Positions 38,920 through 50,205 of a stretch of DNA of 64,000 bases are shown one piece after another. The notes beneath the pieces were generated by a model, which did no database searches, was not told where the DNA came from, and worked only from the letters and a program-made list of their open reading frames with translations. Origin of the DNA: an uncultured virus (IMG/VR IMGVR_UViG_3300017990_000011) (taxonomy: Duplodnaviria; Heunggongvirae; Uroviricota; Caudoviricetes); IMG/VR virus record IMGVR_UViG_3300017990_000011. One strand, written 5' to 3'. Position numbers and translations under genes: made by a program. The number at the start of each line of letters is the position of its first letter. The first letter of the stretch is position 1.

Positions 38920-39045
38920 GCCTTATACAAGGCGGAGATTTACAATGCCGCCTTATACACACCTGGATCAAGGCGGGGGTATCACGCCCCCGCCCCTGGT
39001 GTAGCTTTAAACCGTGGGGGCCCTAGTGGCCCCCACCTGGCCTAT

Positions 39046-39118
39046 TGGCGTGTAGCTGAGTTGGCACAGCAGCTGGCTGTTAACCAGAAGATCGAAGGTT
39101 CGAGCCCTTCCACGCCAG
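39046..39118 (+). tRNA. tRNA-Asn(GTT)
   Basis: Acceptor TGGCGTG/CACGCCA; loop CTGTTAA; T arm GAAGG-TTCGAGC-CCTTC. Confidence 0.9.
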
Positions 39119-39134
39119 ACGAAGAGAGGTTAAT

Positions 39135-39677
39135 ATGATCTGTAATATCAAAGGTATCCGTGATTACCCAGATAGAGGTAGATGTGTGGGTAGTAGGGTC
39201 ATTCATGCAGCAGTAGGTAGTAATAATAGAGGAATTTATGTCTCAGCATGTAATAGTAGGACATATTTCAGTCTCTCTACTGGCTTCGAAATATTAAAGG
39301 ACAGACCGGCCATCACTTGCAAGTCATGTCTTAAAGTGTTAGAAGCCTTGTCCAAACAAGTATCAAACATACGGTATGTATTGGCGCACAAGAAAGTGGG
39401 TTTATACTACAGCAGTTCAGAAGGCTGGGTACCCGATCTCAATGAGGCCACACTGTATAAGAACACCAAGTATATTAAGGGCATCATCGAATCCTACGTT
39501 TACTATAAAGATGGTAAGATCATAGATCGGTGGTATTGGGAAAACGGACAACGACTTCTGCGGATGCGTGGTGCTAACCACAAACATATAGCATCACGAT
39601 TCACCAAGGTACGTCATGAAGAAAGAGACTACCGAGTCATAAAGGTAAGAAGAAAGATAGAAATCATTGAGGGGTGA
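39135..39677 (+). CDS. hypothetical protein with H...C...CxxC zinc-finger-like domain
   Basis: VIHAA...ACNS...ITCKSCL. Confidence 0.6.
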   Translation: MICNIKGIRDYPDRGRCVGSRVIHAAVGSNNRGIYVSACNSRTYFSLSTGFEILKDRPAITCKSCLKVLEALSKQVSNIRYVLAHKKVGLYYSSSEGWVPDLNEATLYKNTKYIKGIIESYVYYKDGKIIDRWYWENGQRLLRMRGANHKHIASRFTKVRHEERDYRVIKVRRKIEIIEG

Positions 39678-39715
39678 CTCCTCAGGCCAGTACATCAACG
39701 CCGGTGTACTGCCCT

Positions 39716-39789
39716 GTGGCCGTAGCTCAATGGCAGAGCGCTGGGATGTGGCCCCAGTGACGAGGGTTCGATTCTCTCCGGTCACCCCA
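39716..39789 (+). tRNA. tRNA-His(GTG)
   Basis: Acceptor GTGGCCG/CGGTCAC; loop ATGTGGC; C73 followed by CCA. Confidence 0.9.
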
Positions 39790-39812
39790 TCAACAATCAA
39801 AAGGAGGATGAC

Positions 39813-40313
39813 ATGCATATCTTAGCAGCATTAAAAAAGATCAAGCATCTTGATCGCAAGAGTGAGAAGGATCTTCAACGTATTCGTCGGTGGTCTTCAT
39901 ACATCCAGGAGGGTGATGAGATCCCTGAAGTCAACAAGGAACAGCCCCTGTACGACGAGGAAGAAGTACGTCGTATGTTACAATCCGTCATGGATATGGC
40001 CAATGAAAAGGCACGCATTCGTCATCAGCTGCACAAAACAAACATGATGACTACCGTTACTTTCCAGGGCAAAGAGAGAACTATTGATGAGTTGCTCATT
40101 CTCCAAAGTATTATCATCCCGGCCAAGATCAACGCCCTGAATCACCTTAATCGTAAGGAGAAGGGCTACGGCCACCATGACAAAGCCGATCGAGTGATCA
40201 TGCAGTACGACCCCAAGAAGAAGACCAAGGCTATCGATGACCTTGAGAATCTGGCAGAGGAAGTTAATGCATTCCTCGATGAGGTCAGCATGAACACTGA
40301 ACTAGTGGAATAG
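39813..40313 (+). CDS. DIP1984-like helical protein
   Basis: ILAALKKIKHL...IQEGDEIP...LHKTNMMTTV...TIDELL...QYDPKK...LDEVSMNTELVE. Confidence 0.65.
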   Translation: MHILAALKKIKHLDRKSEKDLQRIRRWSSYIQEGDEIPEVNKEQPLYDEEEVRRMLQSVMDMANEKARIRHQLHKTNMMTTVTFQGKERTIDELLILQSIIIPAKINALNHLNRKEKGYGHHDKADRVIMQYDPKKKTKAIDDLENLAEEVNAFLDEVSMNTELVE

Positions 40314-40318
40314 GGTTT

Positions 40319-40521
40319 GGGGCATGCCTGGCGATAAAGATCTGCGAAAGGCAGACAATTGCAAAGGACTGGCTGGACTACCAGCACGTGACGGGCTTGA
40401 GTCTTAGGGTTTATTGGCTCAGGGCTTAGGATTTGATTCACAAATGAAAATCCTGAGTGTAGAATAAGGGTTTGAATTGTCGCTATCCTGCAGGTGCTCC
40501 TCAGGCAGCCAGGTGTGCCCC
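40319..40521 (+). ncRNA. putative structured RNA downstream of DIP1984-like gene
   Basis: 14-bp closing stem GGGGCATGCCTGGC/GCCAGGTGTGCCCC; several internal hairpins; heptamer-periodic core. Confidence 0.6.
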
Positions 40522-41221
40522 TACTTAACTGGAGTATATTATGAATGTATTCAAAATTAGAATGTATATAGGCTGGACCTTATTAATAGCTGGATGTCTG
40601 ATAGCATGGGTTCCCATTATTGGCGGCATCTTATCAATAGTAATAGGGTGTGTATTCCTAGTGCCGGGTATACTCGTAATACCCAGCAGTGATATGAAGT
40701 TCGGTGGCCGTACTGTTATCAAACGCAAACACACTATAACCATGACGAGGAATGATGATGATACCTATGAGCAAAGAAAGTCTAAAGAATTATAAGTTAG
40801 TCGATGGTGTGTTGGTATACCAACCGAATAAGTTTCGTATATACTGGGACAGATGGCTAACATCATGGACTGATCTAGCTGATGGTCTAGCTGGGGTGTT
40901 GACACTGGGTATTTGGAAGTCTGGGTTCTCATTCAAGATGATATGCTATCAGTCAAAGAGGAATTTGCGACGGTCTAAGGTTGCAAGTGATTACAACGAA
41001 GAAAAACGCACAAGACGTGCAGCATTTTGAGTGGAGGAAGGGGGGGGGGTATGGCCTATCCATGTTTTGGTTGTGGAGATGAAGTAGGCTCAGAATGCCT
41101 TTGTAAACTTTGCGAAGACATGATAAAGAAAGAAATTGTCAATGGTCAGTGGTGCTCAAAACACCAGATAATTCACTGGCGTGGTGAAGAGTGTCCACTA
41201 TGTAAGATTGAGAAACAAAAC

Positions 41222-41295
41222 GGTGGTATGGACTAGCGGACTAGGTCACGACTCTTTCACAGTCGAAATCGCGGGTTCGAATCCCGCTACCACCA
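41222..41295 (+). tRNA. tRNA-Glu(TTC)
   Basis: Acceptor GGTGGTA/TACCACC; arm CGACT-CTTTCAC-AGTCG; T arm GCGGG-TTCGAAT-CCCGC. Confidence 0.9.
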
Positions 41296-42112
41296 ACGGA
41301 GTATAACATGAATATGAAATTGAAAGACCCAAAGGAAACCAAATACCATATCGATATGATAAACAAACATCTGGCTTACTTTGATGAAGTTGTCCTATGT
41401 GTACCAAACGATGGGTTGTTTGAATTTCAGTTTATAAGCCCCGCACGTGGCGATGACCGTCTGTATATACACGGCTTTAAAGTGGTGCCGGAAGATTAGG
41501 AGAAAAAAATGATAAAGATAGATGATAAAACTGCGCAAGACACGATCAGTCTTCTAGAAGATTTCAGAATGCTGGCAATGGAAAATGAAGATTATGTGTC
41601 AGATATAGAAGGCACATTAGAAAAAATAGGCAATGTAAAAGGTACAATCAGTAAAGAACTACACAGCGGCTAAAGAATAGGAGTAATGTTATGTCTATCA
41701 GCAGGTTAAAAGCATTGAAACAAATGCGTGATAATACCAGTTCGTGTCTAGAGGTTGAATTCAGAGACATGGCTGACAAGTGTTCACACAGAAAGACACA
41801 ACCAGCACCAAGCCGTGGTGACAGTGATTGGTATAGTTGTACCAATCCTAAGAACTTCTGGGGACAGTATCTCACTGCTCACTGCTGTGTAAATGATTGT
41901 CCATTGTTGCAGGAGAAGAAGAATGGAAAAAAGCAAAACATTAAAGGCATTAGAGCACGCAAGTCACCGTCTAAACGAACTTCCTCATAGGTATGAGGAT
42001 ACTAATTTCAGATTGATTGAGAGCGTATTAATAGATAAATATGTAAAGGAATCTATTTCGGAGAAAGATATTCCACCACACTTCAGAGATCGTGTCAGAA
42101 AGATGAGGACTA

Positions 42113-43015
42113 ATGATGATACAGTTCGATCCCAAGAAAATTAATCTTACACTTGGTTCCCCTAAATATTTCATCGATTACTATGTGTTGTATGCGCCTG
42201 GTAATATCATCAACATAACCGAAACAATGATGAATCGCAGGAAATTTAAAAAGATTAAGAACGACAATAAGGCGTGCTTTGCTGGGTTTAGGTATATGGT
42301 GCAAAAATTTAGAAAGGATTATGGTAAGCCAGCTAACCGCATTCTTTTCAAATGTGACAAGGCATACAAACACATAATTAAGAAACATCATCTTACTGAT
42401 GAAGAAATAGAAATCTGGGTGAAGTTATGTCGTCGAAACAGATTGATGCCAAAGAATATTGGTGAACATTTCCTCAAAACTATGAACTATGTAGTGAATT
42501 TGGACACAGTATCCTATAACAGGCTCTACATGTATCTTACAGCAGCACGGTATATACAGGAGATGCCAGCCTTTGTAAGAGCTATGGTGCATCTGGTAGA
42601 TGAGGTGGGTATAGATTTCTTCATCGCATTTAGTATCGCATCGACTTGGTGTGCACACAACACTGGCCACCATATTATTAACGTGGGTAGAACTTATTCG
42701 CTAAATGGATTCCGTGGTGATATGAATGACCTCAAACACCAATCATTCAACCAGTTTAGTATAGTACAATCAGCAAAGTTGGCTAAGTATGCATTCAGTA
42801 AAGCGAAAGAAACACCAGTGTCAGAGATTAAGGAGTTAACATATTTCAAGCTACAAGACACTATCGATAAAGAGAGTTTGAAGAGAGGCCATCGGTATAT
42901 AATCAAACGTAGACACCTACTCAATAAAGAGGTGGTTAAGGCCGTTCGAACTGGTGATCTAAGCATAGTAGATAAAATCTATAAGGAGGATTTGAAACAT
43001 GGCAAGCAAGTGTAG
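42113..43015 (+). CDS. hypothetical protein
   Basis: 300-aa ORF with coupled start; no recognised motif. Confidence 0.7.
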   Translation: MMIQFDPKKINLTLGSPKYFIDYYVLYAPGNIINITETMMNRRKFKKIKNDNKACFAGFRYMVQKFRKDYGKPANRILFKCDKAYKHIIKKHHLTDEEIEIWVKLCRRNRLMPKNIGEHFLKTMNYVVNLDTVSYNRLYMYLTAARYIQEMPAFVRAMVHLVDEVGIDFFIAFSIASTWCAHNTGHHIINVGRTYSLNGFRGDMNDLKHQSFNQFSIVQSAKLAKYAFSKAKETPVSEIKELTYFKLQDTIDKESLKRGHRYIIKRRHLLNKEVVKAVRTGDLSIVDKIYKEDLKHGKQV

Positions 43016-43634
43016 TAAATGCGGTACCGAAAAAGTAATGCATTATCTGATGTTCTGTCCTAAATGCTATATACCAATAGGTTCAAACAGAACAGTGTAT
43101 GAACTATACAAGTGCTTATATCATGCAGAAGCTGTGTTGGAAGAGCCTGGCTTCAAAGACACATTTCTTAAGAAAGTCAATGAATATGTCGATCTAAGGA
43201 ATGAAAGCACTGTTTTACTAGCACGTGCTGATGAAGGTGATCCAGAAATGGAAATTGTAAATAGATTCTTCGATGCTTGTGGATGGACTGATGTTGATCA
43301 GGTATGGTTCGAAGTTAGCTATTAGGAGGATACGATGGGACGCAAAGCACCACAATATCCACCAAAGAACGCGATTAAGCCACCACCACCGCCCGCACCG
43401 CCCGCATTGACAGAGGGTAATACAATGGGTGGTAATGGTGTTATTTATGAACTCAAAGGTACAATAAGACCAATCAAACCACCACCTATGAAGATCGATC
43501 GACAAAAGAGTTCGATTTAACATCGAGAGCCGGTGCCAGGAGGTATAAGTTGGTGCTTTTACTGGTAAAACTGGTAATAGTAGTATCATGGTCGACATGT
43601 TTTAGTGGTCAAAAACTAAAATTAGGGGTTTTGA

Positions 43635-44153
43635 ATGAAACGCAATAGCAAATACGTAAAAGCAGTAATACAAGCCTACAGGATGGGGTACAGAGTAAAG
43701 GACGGTAAACTGTATAACGTAGATGGTAATGAACTAAGACCTTATGTCAATCCAACTGGTTCTGGGTATTGTGAGTTTACTATTAGGTGGAAAAACACAC
43801 GTCATAAAGTGCGAGTACATCACTTAATAGCATTCCAGAAGTTTGGCAACAAAGCGTTTGAACCAAGTGTGCAAATTAGGCATCTTAATGGCAATTCCCT
43901 GGATAATAGTTATAGTAATATAGGTATAGGTGATGCTAGTGCTAATTCTATGGATAGGCCACCAGAAGAAAGACATGCACACGCTGTTAAGGCAGCAACA
44001 GACAGAAGAATATTTACCGACCATGAGGTAGCTACAATGCGTCGTCTACATGCAGAAGGATGGACATATAAGCGACTTATGGAAGAATTTGGGGTCAAGT
44101 CAAAGGGACATATGTCTTACATAATTAATCATGATTATATCACTAATAAGTAG
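43635..44153 (+). CDS. HNH endonuclease (free-standing) with C-terminal HTH-like region
   Basis: VRVHHLIA...QIRHLNGNSLDNSYSNI...ASANSMD. Confidence 0.85.
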   Translation: MKRNSKYVKAVIQAYRMGYRVKDGKLYNVDGNELRPYVNPTGSGYCEFTIRWKNTRHKVRVHHLIAFQKFGNKAFEPSVQIRHLNGNSLDNSYSNIGIGDASANSMDRPPEERHAHAVKAATDRRIFTDHEVATMRRLHAEGWTYKRLMEEFGVKSKGHMSYIINHDYITNK

Positions 44154-46399
44154 TATTATATAGTTTATACGTTAATGAAGAGGATTACCTCAAAAGAAAA
44201 GATGTTCGATATCATTAACAATAACTATAAAGTGAGGTAATTATGCAGGCACATATGGTACTATCCCATGAACCAAAACCAGAAAGACTGTTTATAAAAC
44301 CAGGTCTATATTTAATAGGTAATGTAAAATGCCATAGAGCTATGAACATAAGAGTCTTTGGCGACATAATCAATGTGAAAACGGAGTGTGATCAGTTTTC
44401 TTATACTATTAGGGGTCGTGATCCAGTGACCGGCTTCTTTGTAGTATCACCACTATATGGTAAAGTATCTACCGCCATAAGCATTCATAATGATGAAGAA
44501 GCTTTCATGAATATGCCTAACGCATGTAAGAAATGTGCCAAGAAGAATAGAAATGCTCATACCAGTATAAACATAGGTACATTTGTATCACTTGATGACT
44601 TAGATAGTGATTTTGCTGAATTTGTGTTTGGTCTTATACCATTACCTACATTAGTAACATAGGAGCAGCCGTGGATACAACAAGTAAAGCACATGTAGAA
44701 TGTCCTCAATGTAATAATGCGGATGCTACCATTATCTTTGTTATGGTGCCGCCAAGAAAGCATCTTTCTACACAGAATGATGTCATATGGTGCGAAAATT
44801 GTGGTACTATTATGTTATATAATCCAGCTGTACAAAAGGTGAAGAAAGTATTAACTCCAATGTCAGTATTTGGTAGTAAACGAATAGGGGGTCCTTAATG
44901 GCCATATATAAACCAGCAAGTGAAGAATACAGCCTATTCAAATGCACCTTTCAGACTAAAAAGGGTAAAGAGACACGGTATGTAGTGGAAAGAGATCGTA
45001 CTACAGCCGGCTTGACACTCATGCTACAGGGTAGAATCAAGCACACCCATCCCAGTATTGATATCGAAAAGGTAGAGGACGCGGTTGTACCCAAAGGACT
45101 GAGAGTTGTGAAACACATTATAAAGATGAAGGGAAATCGTAATGCAGCGCGTAGAAATAAATAAATACTTTAATAATAAGGTAATAGCATTAGGTATGGA
45201 GCTTGATTGGTCTAGCGCTGATAAAACATTGGAAATTATGATTTGGAAATATAGTATATTAATATATTTGAATTAATTAGGGGTGATCATGACAACAGTA
45301 TTAGTAGCAGGTGGAGCCAACAATCTTGAAATTCCTTGTAGATTATTTGAGGATATGGATACTGCGGTTAAACGCTGTGCAGAGATATTCGGTGTTCCAG
45401 GCAGGGAGTTATCCAACGGTCGTGTAATATGGAGCAATGATGAGATAAACTTCGACAAGTATGATGATAACATCAAGAAGATATCTGAAATACTGTTTAC
45501 CAGACACTATTACGGCTGCGGTGCTCCAGACATCTTTGTGCTTAAGGAGGTACCATTCGATGAAGCATTCACTGGTTTCGATTTGGACTAGTATTATAGT
45601 ATTAGTACTACTACTACTAGTGGTACCACTGGCATCTGCTAAGCATCTGTATTGCAGTATGCCTACTGACACGCATGTGTACCACTTTTCTGTTAGTATA
45701 CACCCACTGGATGGATTTGTTGATGCTGATCTACCAGACGACAGTGGGTTCAATTATCTTGATATATCTAATTATGTTGAAGTGGGACCATCTGATACAC
45801 CTGGTTATACTGAATATAAGGTAATGGATGTAAGCTTTTTGAAAGATGATGTCCAATACCGCGTAACTATAATACCAGCTATAACAATGATAGACTTCAG
45901 AGACGCACCAAAAGTTGGCCGCTGGGTATATGGTTATGGTGGTGTATCAGAACCATTATATGTCAATGCAGTACCATCAATAGATGGGCTACAAATTTTG
46001 GAGATAAGATAATGAGTGTCGAAGTAATCAAAAACCTCAAGAAAGAATTTAACTTACCGATAAAAGTATGTGATGATTGTCTGGGTGATGGTACAATTAC
46101 TACATTCTGCGGGCATGATTTTGTGGAATACTGTCGAACATGTGAAGGAAAAGGCTATATAAAAATCAAAAAAGGAGAATAATATGGCTATGCCAAAGAA
46201 AGGACGTAGGAAGATCGTAGTAGATGAGATAGTACATTTCTATATGATCAAACCATATATCTTCGGTAATGATAGTGATTGTGGTGCTAACCTAACTGTT
46301 GAAATGCCAGATGGGTCGTACAAATCCAGACAATATCAGGAAGCTGTTACTCCGGCCATGGTTGAGGCACTCATCAGAGAAACTATTTAACATGATTAT

Positions 46400-46477
<78 letters not shown>

Positions 46478-46487
46478 GGAATCTATT

Positions 46488-46778
46488 ATGTATTTTGATG
46501 AAGATAAATTACTATCAACATATGACTGTAAAGTGGGTATGAGGGTTGTATTAGCTAGCCCAGACAGGAATTACAGCATTGGTGGCGCTAACCCCGCTGT
46601 AGATTCTAGATATGAATGTGAGGGCACTGTTGTTAAAGCTAAAGACGGAAGCGTTAGTGTTTCATGGGACAATGGTTCTCGTAATGGGTATAAAGATTAT
46701 GAATTAGCAGAAGTAGATGGTCCTGAAGGCATGTGTGATAGTATATGGGATAACCATCCATTATTTGATGATTTTTAG
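46488..46778 (+). CDS. Mib/HERC2-like small protein, paralogue of 20053
   Basis: KVGMRV...YECEGTV...VSWDNGSRNGY...EGMCDSIW plus 9 further residues. Confidence 0.65.
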   Translation: MYFDEDKLLSTYDCKVGMRVVLASPDRNYSIGGANPAVDSRYECEGTVVKAKDGSVSVSWDNGSRNGYKDYELAEVDGPEGMCDSIWDNHPLFDDF

Positions 46779-46854
46779 CCACCGTAGTTCAGTCTGGCAG
46801 AACGACTGCCTTGTAAGCAGTATGTCACGGGTTCAAATCCTGTCGGTGGCTCCA
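46778..46854 (+). tRNA. tRNA-Thr(TGT)
   Basis: Acceptor GCCACCG/CGGTGGC; arm ACTGC-CTTGTAA-GCAGT; CCA encoded. Confidence 0.92.
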
Positions 46855-47860
46855 TTCTTAAGGAGTAAATTATGGCAATGCCGGGAGTATGGAAAAGTGC
46901 GGATTTATCAGAGAAATACGATGAAGATCTATTCGAGTGCAAAAACTGCAATGTTGAATTTGCTCTAAATAGCGATAAAATCGAGGGTAAAAAGATAGTA
47001 TGCCCAGTATGCCAGCGTTCACTCAAAGCGTGGCAAAAAAGGTGGAATCCATAATGGACTTATTTCATGAAGAATACGGCACATATAATGACGACGCACT
47101 AGCGTTGGATATTGAAGCCGCCAAAGTATTAAAGCCCTTATTCGACAAATATGTTCGAAAAGGCTGCAGATTGAAAGAAATTGCATATATTATCACATCT
47201 ACTGTTTCAATGGAAGAAATGGAAAGAAGACTTACACGAAACAGTAAGATAGCAAAAGCAAAGAGGGATAATCGGGCCAATGTCAAAATTCAAACTGGAA
47301 GTATACAAGAAAAGGAAGACCGCAGAGAAGATAGGTGATAGATGGTGTGATATATGTGGTCATGAAATTCCTAAAGATTTTGAATTCTGGTTTATCTACA
47401 CCAATTGTCAAAAGCCTATCCTTTCAGCATGTAAGGTTTGTGCTGCAACAGTGGAGGTCACAGATGGCTGATAAAGAAGCGTTGAAAAGAGCATTATCAT
47501 TTATGATAGGTCTGATAGGTCTAATCGGTGCTGCAGCAATCTGGGCGTCACACACTGCACCACCAGAATGGGTAAGGACATGGTATGGAATAGCACTTAC
47601 ATGCACATCCTTTGCCGGTATATTGTCAATAATTGTATCTTTGATGGACTAGGTGATATTATGATGTACGTATTCGACATTTCATACCCAAAAGACGGTG
47701 TAATTGAATCTTTCTCTAAAAAGCTTGATTGTAAGACAGAGCAGGACGCATTTGACTATTTTAATGAGCTTTTAGAGCAATATCCCCCAGATAGATGGTA
47801 TTATTTGTGTAAATTCTATGAAGAAGATATGGAAAGTATGTTCTTCTAATCGAGGTACCT

Positions 47861-48688
47861 ATGAAGATATTATATGCAACAGATTTGCATGGAATTAAGT
47901 GGAAATTCGAGCGTCTTATGGAAATTAAAAAAGACTGTGATCTAATGATCATCGGCGCTGATATTCTACCCAAAAATCAGCAAAATATACACAAACAACA
48001 GTTCGGTTTTCTTACAAAGTTCCTGCCAAGGTTCTTCAAAGCTATAGAAGTACCTATAATCATCGATTTCGGTAATGACGATCATAAAGCACTCTATAAT
48101 GTATTTAAGGATTTAGTAGATAGGACACCAGATGTATATTATAGCCATAGGCGTTATTTTGATATTGGTGGGGTATGGTTTGCTGGCGTACATTTTGTTC
48201 CAGATTATCCGTTTGGATTAAAAGATTGGGTTAGACTGGATCGTAGTGATGACGATCCTTTTGACTCCAATATTATGCAATTTGGACCGCCTGTACTGTC
48301 CACTAAAGATGGATACGAAAATATTGCTGATTTCAACGGCTATCTTAGTAGTAATACTAGTATACAAACAGCATTACGCACTCTTGGTACTCCAGACGTG
48401 TTATTAGCACATAGTCCACCAAGAATGCTTGGTTTTGATGTTTGTTCTACTATGGAAGAAGTTGGTTCTCGTGCAGTAACTGACCACATCTTAGAAAACA
48501 AGATTAAACTTACATTACATGGTCATATTCATGAAAGTCCATTTATGTCTGGGAAAAGTATGGGGTCGCTCATCGAGGGCTCAATTTCGATTCAGCCAGG
48601 GCAAAACGGGATTAATGAATTGGTTTACTGTGAATTTGACTTGGACGACATTGAGGGGACTTATGCTAGAACAATTCGAAGAAGGTAA
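47861..48688 (+). CDS. Icc-like metallophosphoesterase
   Basis: YATDLHG; GADIL; GNDD; AHSPP; LHGHIHES. Confidence 0.85.
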   Translation: MKILYATDLHGIKWKFERLMEIKKDCDLMIIGADILPKNQQNIHKQQFGFLTKFLPRFFKAIEVPIIIDFGNDDHKALYNVFKDLVDRTPDVYYSHRRYFDIGGVWFAGVHFVPDYPFGLKDWVRLDRSDDDPFDSNIMQFGPPVLSTKDGYENIADFNGYLSSNTSIQTALRTLGTPDVLLAHSPPRMLGFDVCSTMEEVGSRAVTDHILENKIKLTLHGHIHESPFMSGKSMGSLIEGSISIQPGQNGINELVYCEFDLDDIEGTYARTIRRR

Positions 48689-48844
48689 ATTCGTTATTGT
48701 CGCCGGTGAAGGTGATGAAGCGTTTGTAATAAGACGGATTGACGAGGCAAATAAGAGACTGGCATTGAGTAATGGGGTTTGGGAACCCATGGATAAATGC
48801 AGAGTCGTTAAACACGATGATGTCGTCAGGAGAATAACTTATCA

Positions 48845-49402
48845 TTATACCGGAGTGTAGCTCAGTCTGGTAGAGCGCGCGGTTTGGGTCCGCGAGGTTC
48901 GCAGGTTCGACTCCTGCCACTCCGAACGCCATTTTTCCATATAATTTAATATCTTATCTTCTATTAAATGTCTGTAACCGCTGTGCCAATATGTGTGGTG
49001 GGTGGGACATAAGGGTATTAGATTTGAAGGATCATTGTTTTTATTGTTATTGTCTAAATGATGAACAGCAACTACACGCTTTTCACCACAAATAACACAC
49101 TCCCTCTTGTGGTGCTCAAAGCATGTTTTTCTAATAGTGTAGCTGCTATTAGGATTAGTTATATTTCCATAATTTGGATTATCCTTACCAGACCTAAAAT
49201 ATGTATTCGCACAACCATAAGAGCATGTAGTACTAGTTTTCCAATTCTTTATTGGTTCGTCACAAACCGGACATAGCTTCTTGTTATCTGGATTGAGATA
49301 ACAATGTTTTTCGTGTTTTGACAAAGAACATGAATTAGTTTTATGACCACAATATTTACAATTCCTATACACATAAGTTCCTGTAATACTAAATTTTCCC
49401 AT
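48845..49402 (-). CDS. HNH endonuclease with zinc-finger N-terminus
   Basis: ECVICG...VHHLDNNNKNNDPSNLIPLCPTHH; AT-rich; 3' end reads antisense through tRNA-Pro. Confidence 0.85.
   Translation of the reverse strand: MGKFSITGTYVYRNCKYCGHKTNSCSLSKHEKHCYLNPDNKKLCPVCDEPIKNWKTSTTCSYGCANTYFRSGKDNPNYGNITNPNSSYTIRKTCFEHHKRECVICGEKRVVAVHHLDNNNKNNDPSNLIPLCPTHHTYWHSGYRHLIEDKILNYMEKWRSEWQESNLRTSRTQTARSTRLSYTPV
48851..48925 (+). tRNA. tRNA-Pro(TGG)
   Basis: Acceptor CGGAGTG/CACTCCG; arm CGCGG-TTTGGGT-CCGCG; T arm GCAGG-TTCGACT-CCTGC. Confidence 0.9.
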
Positions 49403-49461
49403 ATGTTTGTCCCCCTACTAATAGGAGGATAGTTTATTAACCCTTAGCAAGGAGAAGACGT

Positions 49462-50205
49462 ATGTTTGATTATCTGGCAAGATATTTCGAAGATTGGAAT
49501 CTTTGGGATTGGACGTGGACGTTAACAGCCTCGATCGTCGCTATCTGGTTGGGGGCTCACTGGGGAGCTGGTGATTGGAACACAGTAATCAGCGTAATAA
49601 CCTGTCTGACAGGTCTCTGGTGTGTAATTTTGGTAGCAAAAGGACGTATCTTTAATTATTATGTTGGTATTATTAACGTAGTCGGTTATTCATGGATAGC
49701 TTACCAATATCAGTTATATGGTGAAGTCATGCTCAACGCCGGTTACTTCCTACCAATGCAATTCGTAGGTCTCTACATTTGGATGAATAATAAGGAGCCT
49801 AACGCGATTGACACGGTCAAAGTTAAATTTATGACCGCTGGTCAACGAATTATGTGGGGTTTTCTATCAGGGTGTGCTGTGATAACATACGCCTTCATTC
49901 TACAAAGAATGGGAGATCCGCTACCTCTTCTAGATTCTGCATCGACCGTTTTGTCCGTTATAGCAATGGTTCTAATGGCTTGGCGCTTTATGGAGCAATG
50001 GATTCTCTGGATTGTTGTAGATGTGGTTTCTATCGCTATGTGGTGGTTGATCATCGGCGAAAATGGCGCTAGAGATATTGCCATGCTCGTTATGTGGTCC
50101 GCTTATCTGATAAATGCTGTTTATGGGTTTATCGTGTGGATTAAGATGTATCAGGAACAACATTGCATCGATAATCACTATCCGCAACAAAACGTACTGC
50201 ATTAG
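49462..50205 (+). CDS. pnuC: nicotinamide riboside transporter PnuC
   Basis: Multi-TM; LVAKGRIFNYYVG; LYGE; PLLDSASTVLS; EQWILWIVVD. Confidence 0.9.
   Translation: MFDYLARYFEDWNLWDWTWTLTASIVAIWLGAHWGAGDWNTVISVITCLTGLWCVILVAKGRIFNYYVGIINVVGYSWIAYQYQLYGEVMLNAGYFLPMQFVGLYIWMNNKEPNAIDTVKVKFMTAGQRIMWGFLSGCAVITYAFILQRMGDPLPLLDSASTVLSVIAMVLMAWRFMEQWILWIVVDVVSIAMWWLIIGENGARDIAMLVMWSAYLINAVYGFIVWIKMYQEQHCIDNHYPQQNVLH

Noticed and set aside
38985..39040. Additional tRNA starting GCCCCTGGTGTAGC
   Set aside because: No anticodon arm or T-arm; only simple hairpins.
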